Assembly (NCBI GenBank): GCA_964016885.1
Contig: OZ024742.1
Coordinates: 153,140,001-153,204,000 of the forward strand
DNA: 64,000 nt
Origin: Eledone cirrhosa
Taxonomy: Eukaryota
Direction of reading: 5' to 3'
Under the pieces are notes generated by a model. That model did not search any database, was not told the origin of the DNA, and saw nothing but the letters and a program-made list of their open reading frames with translations. The first letter of the stretch is position 1. Each line of letters begins with the position of its first letter. This document shows positions 27,424-40,748 of this stretch, one piece after another. Made by a program: the position numbers and the translations under genes.

Positions 27424-30329
27424 ATAGTTATTTATACCACCACAGCACAAATACCACCAGATCAATCATCACATATCTACTTATTTATATGCTACTAATA
27501 TATTTCTCTCTTTTCTCATCAACGAAGCCTTTATCGCTATTTGCTGTTAGTTTTAATTCCAGAAATCCCACCCCTATCATTTTTGTTTGTCTTCTGCAGC
27601 GCAAATTTAGTTTAGTTGTCAATTAGAGACATTTAAGTTTGAGTTTCTCTTCCTCTATAATTCCTTCTGTCTTTTCTTGTTTTTCTCCTGCTGTGCTTCT
27701 TTCCTTCTTTATTGCTCTCTTTTCATTCTTCGTTACTTTCCTATCGTTCTTTATATCTTCATTACTCTTTCTTTTTGTTTTCTATTGTTTTAAATGCGTA
27801 CATTGTGGTAGATGTTCTTTATTTTATTTATAAAATACACTTTTCTTCCCTGTGTGTGGCGTTTTAATCTAATTATGTCTTATTTAAAGCGTTAACTTTT
27901 AAATGTCTTACGTGTCTTTTGTATAGTTTGTTCTTCTTATATTAGTTTTCATTGTCTTTAATTATATTTTTGTATTTGAAATGTTATTCTCATTTATCCT
28001 CTCGTTCCTGGAACTTCCCATTAATTATGGTGTGCAAGACTTATTTATTAGACTAAAAGTGTCCGTCTACAATCTAGAGATTCGTTTCTCTGTTTTAAAT
28101 AAGGTTATTAGTATTTCTTTTACTTTTATTTCATCATTTATTTATTTATCTATTTATATCTACTTTTTTAAATTTGTTTGTTTACTTTCCATTCGCCGTG
28201 TTGATTCTACTTATTTCCACTAAACCGTTTCAGAAGAATATAATCGCTATTTTCCGAAACTAACATTACAGATTTCTTTTTATGTAACTATTTCTAAAAA
28301 CAACAGTTAACACTAGAGCAATTATAAACATTGTTAACATACTTTAATTGCTTCCTACTGGTGTCATCTAATACTGAATTAATGCTTGTTGTTTAGCTGT
28401 GTGATACATAAGTTCATATCCTGCAGCATGCTACACGAGAGTTACTTTAACAGTTAACCCACAAGCATCAAATCAACATAAACTCCAGGAAATGATCGGA
28501 ATTGTCAACAAATCTCCCACAATACACATCAAACCACAAGGAACTGACACATTAGAAAATGTTCTCTTATTTAACCGCAAACAATCAAAATGTCGTTAAT
28601 CATTTGTTTACTGTTTCAAGGTTTTCTTGAAATAAAACACCAACTATAATAATCCTCAATAATTTCAGTTCAGTAATCACACGATTTCTAACAATTTAAA
28701 ACACAGCAGAGAAACCCAGATTTTCATTGTAATATAAGTGACTGGTTCTGCACTAAAACCCATTTGAGACAAAATAAATAGGAACTATTTCAAGGGAGAA
28801 TGCAACACTATGTCACCATCTTATATTTGTTCTACAACACCCGCTTGCACTCCATTATTGTAATTGACAACCACATATCTCTTCATCGGCAACATGCTCT
28901 CAGACCACAGCTTCTACACTATTGCATAACACACCCTCTATATACAATGAATAATTATTTTCTTCGGTTAAACAAAGAGAAACAGAAAGCAGTATTGGAA
29001 AGGACTATAAATGCCATGAATGAGAGGAAATGGATTTATCGTTGTTGAGGAGTTGATACACATGTCTTACAGAAACGTTATTTCGATAATGGATTGTAGC
29101 GTTATTTACTGCAACATTAAAAATATTGAAGTTAATGAACTAACATTATCACAAAGCTGGATGAATCAATTTTTTAGAAACATTTCTTCCAAAGAGATGC
29201 AAATGTTTTAAACGTTATTCCGATTGCAGATCGTATTGTTATTTACTAATTTGAAAATATTTTTTACATTTTGCTTTACTTGTTATCTTCCTCTTCGTTC
29301 TTTCATTGTAACACGTATTTTTATATTTATGTATCTGACCTTCTAAGTAAAAAAAAATATTCCTCTATTTTCCCTCTATTTTCTTTTCATTTGCTTCATT
29401 TACTATAAATGTTTCTTTTACAATAAATATCACTTTTCAAATTCTAAATAATTTGGGTCTATACGTTTTTCACTTGGTTCTATCCGTTATATGAAACCTA
29501 TATATTCCTCCACTTTCTCTCTTCATACACCCATCCAACTATCCATTCCCCATTACTATCTTTTTACATTTCCCTCTTTCTATCCATTTGAAATACTACC
29601 AACCACCTCCATACTCTCACTTATTACAATTTCATGATTCCACTTCTAACACCACAGTTAAAATGCCCGCCTTCCTTCAGCTGTCCTCCCTGTGGAATGT
29701 CGACCCGTGCCACTTGTGCGCCACTCGTAACAGGAAAGGAAGGAACTGTACCAATTTAACAATTTCTCCCACCTTTCTTGCGTCAGACTTACTCGGCCAT
29801 CATCTAGGACGCGACATACTGTAGCAAGTTCTCTGCCTCTAACTTAGTCGCCTGGGTGACAAACCCCGGCACCACGGTTCGCAATGCAGAGCACAGGAAG
29901 AGAAGCTAACACCGGTCGCTGTTGAATCCTCAGACGTCCTTTGCTTCTATACTATCATTTCTTTTGTAAAATGTAGTTCCACAAACACTGTGTTTATACT
30001 GCAGCAGTATGAAACGTAAATACGTTGGTTTTAATGAGAAAGTCCCTACACTGTACAAACGTCTCATTTTCAGATAACGTTTAAATATGTAATTAAGACT
30101 TTGCACATTTAATGCAAAAAAACGAAATCTTTTCGCGGATAACCTCGGAATTACACTTTTTGACGTTACAGTTTGCAATGAAATCCTTTACTGACGATAT
30201 TACAGGTATGATGCAGTATTATAATAAAATGTAACTATTTCAGAAAAGGAGACGTTTTTGTCAAGGCCTTTAATATTCTTATATACCATCAACTATTTTC
30301 TTTTTTTTAAAATATATTTAATGTTTCCA

Positions 30330-30530
30330 AGGGGAGGTGATTCTCAGAAGTGGTAGACCACTGGATGAAATGCCATTGTGAATTTAAATCCAGACGTAGT
30401 TATCTTCGCTTTTCATCTTTTCGGGGTCCGCAGAATAATGTACCAGTCAAGTATTGGTATTGATTTATTTAACTGCGCACGTCCCTCTAATTTTACTAGC
30501 TTCGTGCTTAAAAGTCAAATATATAATATT
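30330..30530 (+). mobile_element. Diverged SINE of the same family
   Basis: ttcgcttttcatcttttcggggtc..aatgtaccagt matches the SINE core. Confidence 0.5.
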
Positions 30531-33222
30531 TCTCGCTATATATTTGTAACTATTTTCTATTAGCTTCTCATTTAACAACCCTGGCACCTGTTCTTAAATT
30601 ATTTATCTAACTTCTATACCGATATTCAAATTATAGGATATCGTTAACTTCAGTCATGTTTAGTTTACGAAAGTTTGGTTATGACGCCAATGATTTCATG
30701 GGTATAGCCTAAACAGTCACAGCATTTACTCCCATCATATATATTCTAATTCACGTTATTTTAATGTAATGGCTAATCATTTACGTTAAAGTAAAAGAAT
30801 GAAAACCCCCTTCCATATTAATATGTACGTTAATAGCTAAATACCTAGTGATTCGTATATAGTGCTCCGTCAAGATTGTAGGCTATACATCATATAACTT
30901 TTTCGAAATCGCTGTGGTAGCCATATGTCAATCATTCAAAGGAATGGGTTTCCGCTTATTCAAAATAATACAGAATGTCATATTAAAGGCCTGTGTTTTA
31001 TAGATATGCAATTATCTATTTGTATTTCACTCTCCCGCATCAAAAGTCATGTACACCCGCTTTAAAATGTTCAATAAATTAAACACCACGTTTCAACTGG
31101 GGAAATTGTTCACATCGAAAGAGGTTGCAAGTGTCGCATTTGTATATAATTGTTTCTTATATATTGATATATTTAAGCTTGTAGTTTCGAAGAATTTCCC
31201 AATATACCACACTGATGTTGGACAGAATGTATAGATGTTCCATATGCCCAGTACCAGAAATTCATTATTATTAAAATATTGAAGTCAAGTTAAATGAAAA
31301 TAATTGCCGCCAAAATATTTATGGATGTGTGTAATTATGAGAAAATCAATACGAATGTTAATGACTTATAATCAATGCTAAACATAATTCAGTATATAAC
31401 CCTATTAGCATTAATTCGTATACTTAACGACATTTGCAATGTTTATTCATATTTCACACATAAGTGTAGTCCTTTTTTCAATAATTAAAGCTGTAGGAGA
31501 CCATTTCTTCTAAGACCTACAGTTACTATATCCCGAGAATTCTGTCTGATGTCAATGTTATGTAAAAATTACCATTTTCTATTCACCGATTACTTCTATA
31601 TTGACTTTCATAGAATTCTTCCAGTCAAGAAGTGAATGTGAATTTATTCAAATCTACATATATCCAATTGACAGGTTTCAATTCATGTAATATGCATTCC
31701 GTTTTTGAACACGAATAATCTTCAATTAAGGACGCATGTATGGTAATCACGATGTATTGTTAGGTTGTCTTCCTTTCGGCAATTTTACAATTTAGTGATA
31801 GGTTTTCAAATTGCTGAACTAAGAATATGTAGTATTAAGCTTAACTCAGTTCATCAATTGGAAATTCTATATACACTCTAGCAGATAAACTATTTCGTAA
31901 AATGGAAACCTATAGGTAAGGTTACACCATTTTAACGTAAAGCTCAGCGTTTTGCATAATTTGTGACTTAAAACAGACAGAATTAACAAAACAATGTAAA
32001 GCCTCAAAGAGCAACAGATTAAATCGTCTATACATTTTAAGAATTTCTTTAATTTGTGAAGATATAAATATACAAGAAATCAGTAATATTCTATGATCAA
32101 TCGAATTGTGTAAATTATGCCTACACTTTTGGATTGTGTGCTTAAGGAAGAATCGAACAGTTGAGCATGTCTTACCCTGATATCTTTTCATTACAGTTAA
32201 CTTCAACATTCCTTTAATAATATCAATTGTTACCTTTAATATTACCTACTATATATTCTGAGACATGCAGATAGTATCGTGTATCTCTAGCAAGAGGTAT
32301 AAAATAAAGACATACCGATATGGGATTAGAGTGTATGAATCCGTTTCAAACCTCGATTCTATTAATTACCCTTCGCTTATATTTTCCAAAGAAAAATCAT
32401 GTTAAGGAGATAGTTCATATTCCACTTCTGTAATTAGAAGTCTTCCTTCCAAATGATATATTTTCCATAAACATACCATGACCATAATCAATAATGTTTC
32501 ACAACACGTAAAAAACAGATGGATCTTGTTAAAGTGCGTGTGTGTTTGCATGTCAGTATGTGCATGGTTCTATTTTCATATGTTTGAATGATAAGAGAGA
32601 GCATATATTCTATTATGGGTGAAAGTTCGAAATTGGGATGAGTGCAACGCAAGCGAAACAAAATTGGTCGGTATGGTTAAGTAAGAAAGCTATGAATAAA
32701 TTAGTGATCTAACAACGCATTAAGTACAGAAGGTGAGTGTAGTGTTTAGAACCAAATTAGAGATATGAAAACTCGTTAAGTACAGAAGCTAGGATTAAAT
32801 TAGTGATCTAACAGAGTTTTAAGTACAGAAGCTATGTACAGAAGTTAAGTACAGAAGTTATGTACATATTTAAGTATAGAGGTTATGACCAAATTATCAA
32901 TATCACGAGGTCTTCTTATTCAACTATAACAGGATATTAAATAGTAAAATCTTAAAATTTTGAAATTTAGAAATTATTTGGAAACTAAGAAAATATATAA
33001 CCCAATAAAAATAGCAGTGAAAAGCGTGAACAAATTTGTCGAATTTAACTAATAGTTAAAAAAGGTTACGAAATGATATCACAGATAGAAATACAACAAC
33101 AAATTAGATTTTCTATAACTTTTTTTAACAAAATTAATCCCTGGCTAGAAAAATAAATTACGATAAGAAAAATGTGTTTTCTTTGGAGTGGTCCATGTAT
33201 ATATATATATATATATACACAT

Positions 33223-33269
<47 letters not shown>

Positions 33270-33407
33270 CATGTCGCTCTCTGCGTCATGCAAAGACCCT
33301 AATGTTACTGAGAATGCAATAAATCGTAACAGCTTTGTAGTGTTCCGTCGGACACACGTATATATATATATAATAGATGTACATTAGATAGAAACATATA
33401 CGTGTGT

Positions 33408-33543
<136 letters not shown>

Positions 33544-34368
33544 TATATATATATACATATGTATATATACGCGCACAAACGCATTGATTATTGAGCGGTA
33601 AGTTGGATGTGATTGGATGCTGGTCGGGTTGGTTGTACATTGCATGGATTCTGGGTTGATCTAAAGATATCCACGAATCTTATTCAATTTCCTTTTTGCC
33701 ATAGATACAATGGATACTTGAGGAAGTTAATGTTACTGATGTACTACTTTATATCTCGAATCAATTTTCTAACGCTTCATCATTTACAGCTGCTGTGGCA
33801 AAATTCCTTCTGCAAACATCTACACCTTTGTCTGTCAAATATTTGAATTCTCCTGGAAGTTCATTGTGTGGAATGGCATATAAGTAGAATGGTGCTCACA
33901 TAAACTAAATCGATTCAAAATGACGACAAAGCTAGCTTTAATAGAATTTGAAGGAGTGTTAGTTATAAGTTAATTAATTTACGCAATTTCATTAAATGTG
34001 GATCTTGCCTTAATGCGATATGTTGGCTGCAGAATTTACTCTACTTTTCGTTAAGTAGATGAGTGATTAGCTTTCCATTATAAATATTTGCTAAGAATAG
34101 AAGGGAATGACTTGTTGCTGATAGAAAATTATTTAAAAATTAATTAAAATTGAACGTTTTCTGCTGTCATTTTGTATATTTTTCTTACGCAAATGTAGGT
34201 TCCCTCTTCCTTGAGTTTTTATGAATCTGTTTTATTTAAATGAAGAAAAGTTTAATAGTTTGGTATTTTCTAGTTTGAAATGAAGGAAAGATTCTATGAA
34301 TTAATGTTATATAAGGTTTAAAATAAGTAATAAATCTTTTGCTGTATCAGACGTCACTCTCTCCCTCA

Positions 34369-34434
<66 letters not shown>

Positions 34435-34507
34435 ATATATATATATATATACATATAGTAATAATAAATACAAAGAATAAAATCTAAGGAAGGCTCCAGA
34501 AGGCTTG

Positions 34508-34552
<45 letters not shown>

Positions 34553-34710
34553 GTATATGTACATATAAACCCGTAGAACAAATATTTTTTAGTACAGATT
34601 AAAAGATTTCTGTTTTTACCATAAGCACTTTTCGGATGATCTCACTTAGGGTGAAATCAGAAATTCATTGCTTAAACTTTAAATCTGCACTAGTAATAAT
34701 AATAATGATA

Positions 34711-36403
34711 AAAAAAGAAGACGCACGTGATGGATAGAGTGTTATGGAATCGCTCCCGTAAGTTTTTGATTTTTAACATATTTAAAACAATTGTGATTGT
34801 TACAATTCTTAGTACAAATGAGAAATAAGGCACCAGTCTTCGCTCTCATGAAATGAGGACTCATTATATCCTGGCATATGGCTCAAATATTCAATTTTGT
34901 ATTATAAGTGTTATATTCAAAAAAGAAAATGGTTATAAATGGAAGAAAAACCCCTCTGTCTACACTAAATAGAACAGCCAAATAACAACAATTTCACCAC
35001 CACCACAACCCAGATACACCACCTATCCCACCACCCCTCTGTGTACACTAAATACAACAGCCAGATAACGCCAATTTCACTACTACCAAATCCAGCATAA
35101 TTATAATAATTATTATTATTGTATCTCAATTATCTCAAAATATTTAATTCAAATATTAAGGAAATATGTCAACATATACATTAATCATAGGCGACAAACC
35201 GCATAGATATACGGATCAAACAAACGCAATACAGTAATAGCTACAGTATATTCAACAGAATTTAGTGGCTACAACGCCATCACTACAGTACCAATATCCC
35301 ATCACCTCCGCCACCACTCCATCATTGCCACCACCACTATCCCCCACTAGCTTCTGTTAACTTAAGAAAGGGGAATGTGGCGGTAACACTAGACAAGGGA
35401 GAGGCTAACAAAAGATATAAATAGACTGACATAGTGACTCAGTCAAGAGTTAACGGCTATGGCAATTAAGTCCCCCACCAACAATAGAACAAGCCCCAGC
35501 ACCACCGGCTTAGCCAACAACAACAGAGGCAACTTCAACACAAAGTATATTATATTATTAATAATAATGTATTTCTTAGCCACCCAGGGCTCACATTAAG
35601 GAACCACTCATGATGATAACAATTTACCCCCCCCCCCCCCCCAAAAAAAACCCCGTGACCAAGAAATACCGGGATGGCGGCCGGCAGAGAATAGCCGTGT
35701 CTCTAGGGGAGGATGACCTCTCTAGTATTGGTTGACACTCGTCCTTGGAGTGGTAACACGAAATGATTACCTCTTGGCAGTTAAGGATAAAACGCAACAA
35801 AATAAAGAGACTGTCAAATGATAACATTTCATAACGGATCGGCCGTCACCCGAGTCAAAAAGAGCCGCGTCCCTCAGAGAGGAACCAGACTGGGGACGAA
35901 AAATCAGTTAATGGTTCAAACCTTCCCATCATTTCGGAGCTGGAGACCGCCCATAACCGGAATACTCCTACTGTGGCCCTCCTTGCTCACCACCAAGAAA
36001 TCCAAATCGAAATCCAAAGAAAAAAAGAGAAGAATGGTCAAGGGAAGACAATAAAGAAGTTCTTGAGGCTTTCAACACTGCCATGTACTACCCATCAAAT
36101 ATATCGAATACAGAACAGACGTATATCAACTGGAAACCAGAGACTATATTTACAGTAACAAACTAGTTAATATACGAAGAAATAGTGTTAAGAAAAAGTT
36201 ACTAACTGATATAGAAATTGATCAGATCAAGCAATTAGCGCAAAGTCAGCAAGGGAAAATGAAACATGTTTCAGTGAAAACAAGGTAAACTGTAACATTT
36301 CAAATCCCAGGGTTGGGGCGGAATTACTGACAGCAGAACAAATTAAAGAAAGGATCCAAAAAGTGGAAGGAGTGCATGCTCAAGATGAAACTCAGAATGA
36401 AAA
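34711..36403 (+). mobile_element. 5' portion only (leader plus ORF start) of R4 family alpha
   Basis: 34788-36403 aligns in reverse complement with ~4870-3173. Preceded by (TAA)n at 34694-34710. Confidence 0.88.
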
Positions 36404-36819
36404 GAGTCACACAGTGCTCAGGCAATTTTAATAGTAGTGTGTTGATGAAACACTACTATTTCACACCTCTTCCCCCATTCAAGCTATTCTTTCAATAATC
36501 CATTCAGAACTTTCACAAACACCTAAACAACAACTATATATGATGATAATAAAAGAAGATGGTTCGAATAATTTGAAAAGATAAAACTACTTAATTTAAA
36601 AGAAATGAAATAACTAAATGTTTACAATGCACACCGTGCATATTTTAACGCATAGATAAACGCACATATACTTACACAAATGCGTGCACACAAATGCGTG
36701 CACACAAATATATAGTGAAGGAGAGATCAATATTTTCTGAGTTCTAATCAATCTTAACATAGACACACACGCATACCCGTAGGCACACATACCATACAAA
36801 TACACCCTATATTTATACA

Positions 36820-36839
36820 CACAAACACACACACACACA

Positions 36840-36908
<69 letters not shown>
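36820..36908. repeat. (CA)n microsatellite
   Basis: Direct sequence. Confidence 0.95.
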
Positions 36909-37331
36909 CACACACGCCCGCATATATATATATATAGTGAAAGAGCGAAGAATAACATGATCGGCAGTATTCCGATGATTTGATCAGAGGCACACACTGT
37001 ATTTAAGGTCGAGTGACGCAACTTCCAGTGATTAGCGTCCTTTAGACTCACGTGATCAATGAAACAATTGATAATACTGTAAATAAAACCCTTTGTGTAC
37101 AGCCGACCACGTTATTCTTCACTCTTTCACTACTATTACTCCAAGAATAACGTGCATGGGAATTCTCACTAACTCGCTACCTAACTAAGGAAACCTCTTC
37201 CGGCATACAACGCCATACATTAAAACTATCCATAGTACAGAGTACTCGCCTCTAATTGGATTACATAAAACGATAACTTGTTATCCCATATTTATATATA
37301 TATATATATATATATAAATATATATATACAT

Positions 37332-37362
<31 letters not shown>

Positions 37363-37365
<3 letters not shown>

Positions 37366-37395
37366 ATGTAAGTATGTATACAGACGTACAGTAGC

Positions 37396-37446
<51 letters not shown>

Positions 37447-37737
37447 CATGCAGGTACACATACATATATGCACGCATCAGTTTAGCAGACGCTTATTATA
37501 GCGCTTGCTTTGTTCGTTTGTCAACAAACTGAACAGCCTGAATTTATGCCATACGGTGTTAAGGCAACCACGTCACATTTTTTGACAAACGAACAAAGCA
37601 AGCGCTATAATAAGCGTCTGCTAAACTGATGCGTGCATATATGTATGTGTACCTGCATGTATGTATATATATATATACATGCTACTGTACGTCTGTATAC
37701 ATATATGTATGTACGTATACATACATACTTACATTTA
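37363..37737. repeat. Inverted repeat with essentially perfect unique arms and a ~57 nt spacer
   Basis: 37441-37524 is the reverse complement of 37582-37665. Homology continues across internal (TA)n tracts of unequal length. Confidence 0.9.
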
Positions 37738-37797
37738 AGTAAGTGCCATACTAAGAGTGAGAAATGAAATTTCGTTTTTCGTTTTCATTTTTTTCAA

Positions 37798-37850
<53 letters not shown>

Positions 37851-38443
37851 TAACAGAGAAAACACCGGTAAGCATTAAGAGAAGGATTTTATCCAGGTAT
37901 TTACGACCGTTTCATTGGTAAGTGCAACCTCATATTGTTATACTGCAAATAGCAGCCACTCAATTATAATTGTTGTTCACAGTTCAAATTTTCAAAGTAG
38001 TAATTTACTATTGAAATCATTCTTAATATATAGAGAAAAACATTTATTTGGAATTGTATTTACTAGTATAGAGAGAGAGGAAGGGGGAAGAGGTAGGAAG
38101 TAGAATGACAAACTGAGATGGAGGGAGGGGTAGAGGTGGAAGGATTCCTTGGTCAGTTTTGATAGTAGACTTCATGTCGTGGAATGTAGTGAGTTAAAGA
38201 GAATTAAATTCATCATAGTGGGAGGGATGGATAGAGAGGGAGAGAGAGAGGGGGGGGGGAGATATAAAGAAATAAATATAAATATATATATATATAAATT
38301 AATAAAATAATGAATAATCAAAGAAACAGTTCCTTATATTAAAAAAGTAGTTTTTGAATGCATCTTCTCTTTTCATGATATCCGGACTACATTGAGTTAT
38401 TCATACGGATTGGACACTACCGTAAACTTTTGGTAGATTTATC

Positions 38444-38516
<73 letters not shown>

Positions 38517-39584
38517 ATAATAATCTTAATGCTTACCTGTGTTTTCTCTTTTATACTTTATACTCCAATATTGAACGGAATTCTTACAAACTTGTGGAGT
38601 TACCCCTAACCGTACGTTGAAACCATCCATGAAACTGGCTTTCTTAACCAAAAACTGGATCACAATAAGCAATTTTTTGCTTCTCTAACTATATATATAT
38701 ACATATGGTTTTAGAAAAATGACGATTATTGATATTTCCAGGCCTTTTGCCTTTTTGCGATTGTAAAGCTGCTTTTCCAAATCTACTTAATGCTCCTCAC
38801 TGAAGGATCAGAATGAAGAACATGTGAAGCTGCATTAACAGCAATCGTTACTTTAAGATTTATTGCTATTTTTCATCAGCTGTTACAGTCAGTAACCAGA
38901 ATTCCTGTATACCTTTTTGACTATGCGAGGAACAGGGCAATATAGGATGAAGGCAATATGATTTTGATTTTATTAATATCCCACGGAAATACGAACGCAT
39001 ACATGAATTCATCCGTTGTGAGAACCTATTTCCTCGACATGCTACAAACACCAGTCAAATGTGAAATTATGTATTCACAAAGGTCATGGAAATGGTCAGT
39101 TGGAGATATGTTATTGTAAATACTGGGTCTTAAATGATGAAAAGACGGCCATAATAACAGCAAACCCTGCAGCAACCAAAACATGAACAATTCCAATACT
39201 CACGCAGAAACATATTAATCTTCATATATTATATATATTAGCATATATCGAAAATAAAGGTGGTTCACATATGACAAGGACAGTTCATAATTTCGTGGAT
39301 AATATGTGAATATCATAGATTAGATTAAGCATTGTTATTGAAAAATTGCACCAACAACAGAGAAACCAACATAACAATACAACGAAGAATGTTTCAATAT
39401 GGTGTGCATTGGTAAACATTGAGTGTGCAAATGTACCCCATTACAGTAATATTGCAGCTGTTTAATACATACGTATATAAATACATGCATACATACATGA
39501 TGGCTGCACACTCTGCTAGGAGTATTGCAATCGCTTGACGGATTCAAATGTGTGACGCTCAGATATAGCTTTTCAAGCCTGCAA

Positions 39585-39780
39585 GATACTTGCACTCCTT
39601 CGCACATCGACGACAACTATTGATCTCCCTGGCTTCAGGTTTTGCAACAAGTTGCCTGTTAACCTTCTCAATACCGTGGAGAACATAGATCCCTGGTTCT
39701 CATGGCTGTGAATGTGGCTCCTGCGACCAGATTTGGTCAAGTAAATCTTTCGGCACTCGAGAGATACGCCGGGCATTGCT
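39585..39780 (-). mobile_element. Possible 3' end of an RTE-type LINE
   Basis: ECRKIYLTKSGRRSHIHSH resembles the C-terminal C2H2-like finger of RTE/BovB ORFs, followed by a short tail. Confidence 0.35.
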
Positions 39781-40229
39781 TACACACATAATGCATACAT
39801 ACATATATACATACATACGTGCGTACATACATACTCGCCTACATGTGTGTATATATATATATACGTGAAAATAGAACATAGAGGGACCCTATTATATGCA
39901 CAGAGACGTAAATTATAATTGTGTACAATACATATATATATATATAAAAACAAATAGTTAAATGGAAAAAAAAGCAGTAGAAAATGTTAGAGGGATTTTT
40001 TAAGTATAACATCAAAACATTTATTTGTGAAGTAGGGATTTCCGAATTTAATCGTGTATCGATTTCAGCTTTATAGGCTTTTCCAACGACAGAATTGTAT
40101 AGTACAGTTAAATTGCATATTTATACGAATAATAATAAAATGGAGAAAAACATATTTTAGTTTTTACATACATATTTAGATAAGAAAGTTCATATTTTTG
40201 TTCGTAGTTTATGTTAGTGTTGACCAACG

Positions 40230-40267
40230 GAGGTGGTAGCAGTTTAAATTTAAACTGCTACCACCTC
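40230..40267. repeat. Perfect 38 bp palindrome
   Basis: gaggtggtagcagtttaaa|tttaaactgctaccacctc. Confidence 0.9.
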
Positions 40268-40652
40268 TTAAAAGGAGAAAATAACGAGAAATTGCTAGAA
40301 CACTTCACACTTGAATCACACTGACATCTAAACGTTATTGCGAAAGTTGACAAGCGATGCAGACATCATAACTAGCAGATAGTTTGAGGTAGATTTTAAT
40401 TATATAGATATAACTCACACATGAGATATTCATGTACGTATTCTCCTGAAATATTGAGTATCTTATATACTTGTTTTTCTCTCGCCGTATCTCTTCGTAA
40501 TCGCATTTTACTCATGCACACACACACACACACACAAACTTATATGTATATATATATATAACGAAGGAAATGTGGTAAGGAAACAGATGGACCATGACGC
40601 ACCAAAGTACTCAATACTTAGGGTAGTAGAGTGGGTAATAGGAACGAGTAGG

Positions 40653-40748
40653 ACCCCGACGGCTGAGCTCGAGCCGTTTCGACGGCTAATTCTGGACTAA
40701 ATGAACATTTTTATCCTGGTACATGAATAGCCGAGCTTCTCAAGGGGT
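40653..40748 (-). ncRNA. Type I hammerhead ribozyme with a U3-A8 variant core
   Basis: acccc-UUGAGAA-[stem II cggcua../..uagccg]-GAAA-[cggcu cgagcuc agccg]-UC^-ggggu. Confidence 0.7.

Noticed and set aside
32695-32895. Short repeated aagtacagaag units resembling a CRISPR-like array
   Set aside because: Irregular degenerate minisatellite with no unique spacers, in a eukaryotic context.
33700-33890. Plus-strand 60-codon open frame after an AG
   Set aside because: Composition suggests the antisense of a decayed coding remnant. The minus frame has several stops and no recognisable motif.
38537-38685. Minus-strand open frame ending in a GTAAG donor
   Set aside because: The donor region recurs inverted at 37847-37880 beside (TA)n, so it looks repeat-derived, and the acceptor is poor.
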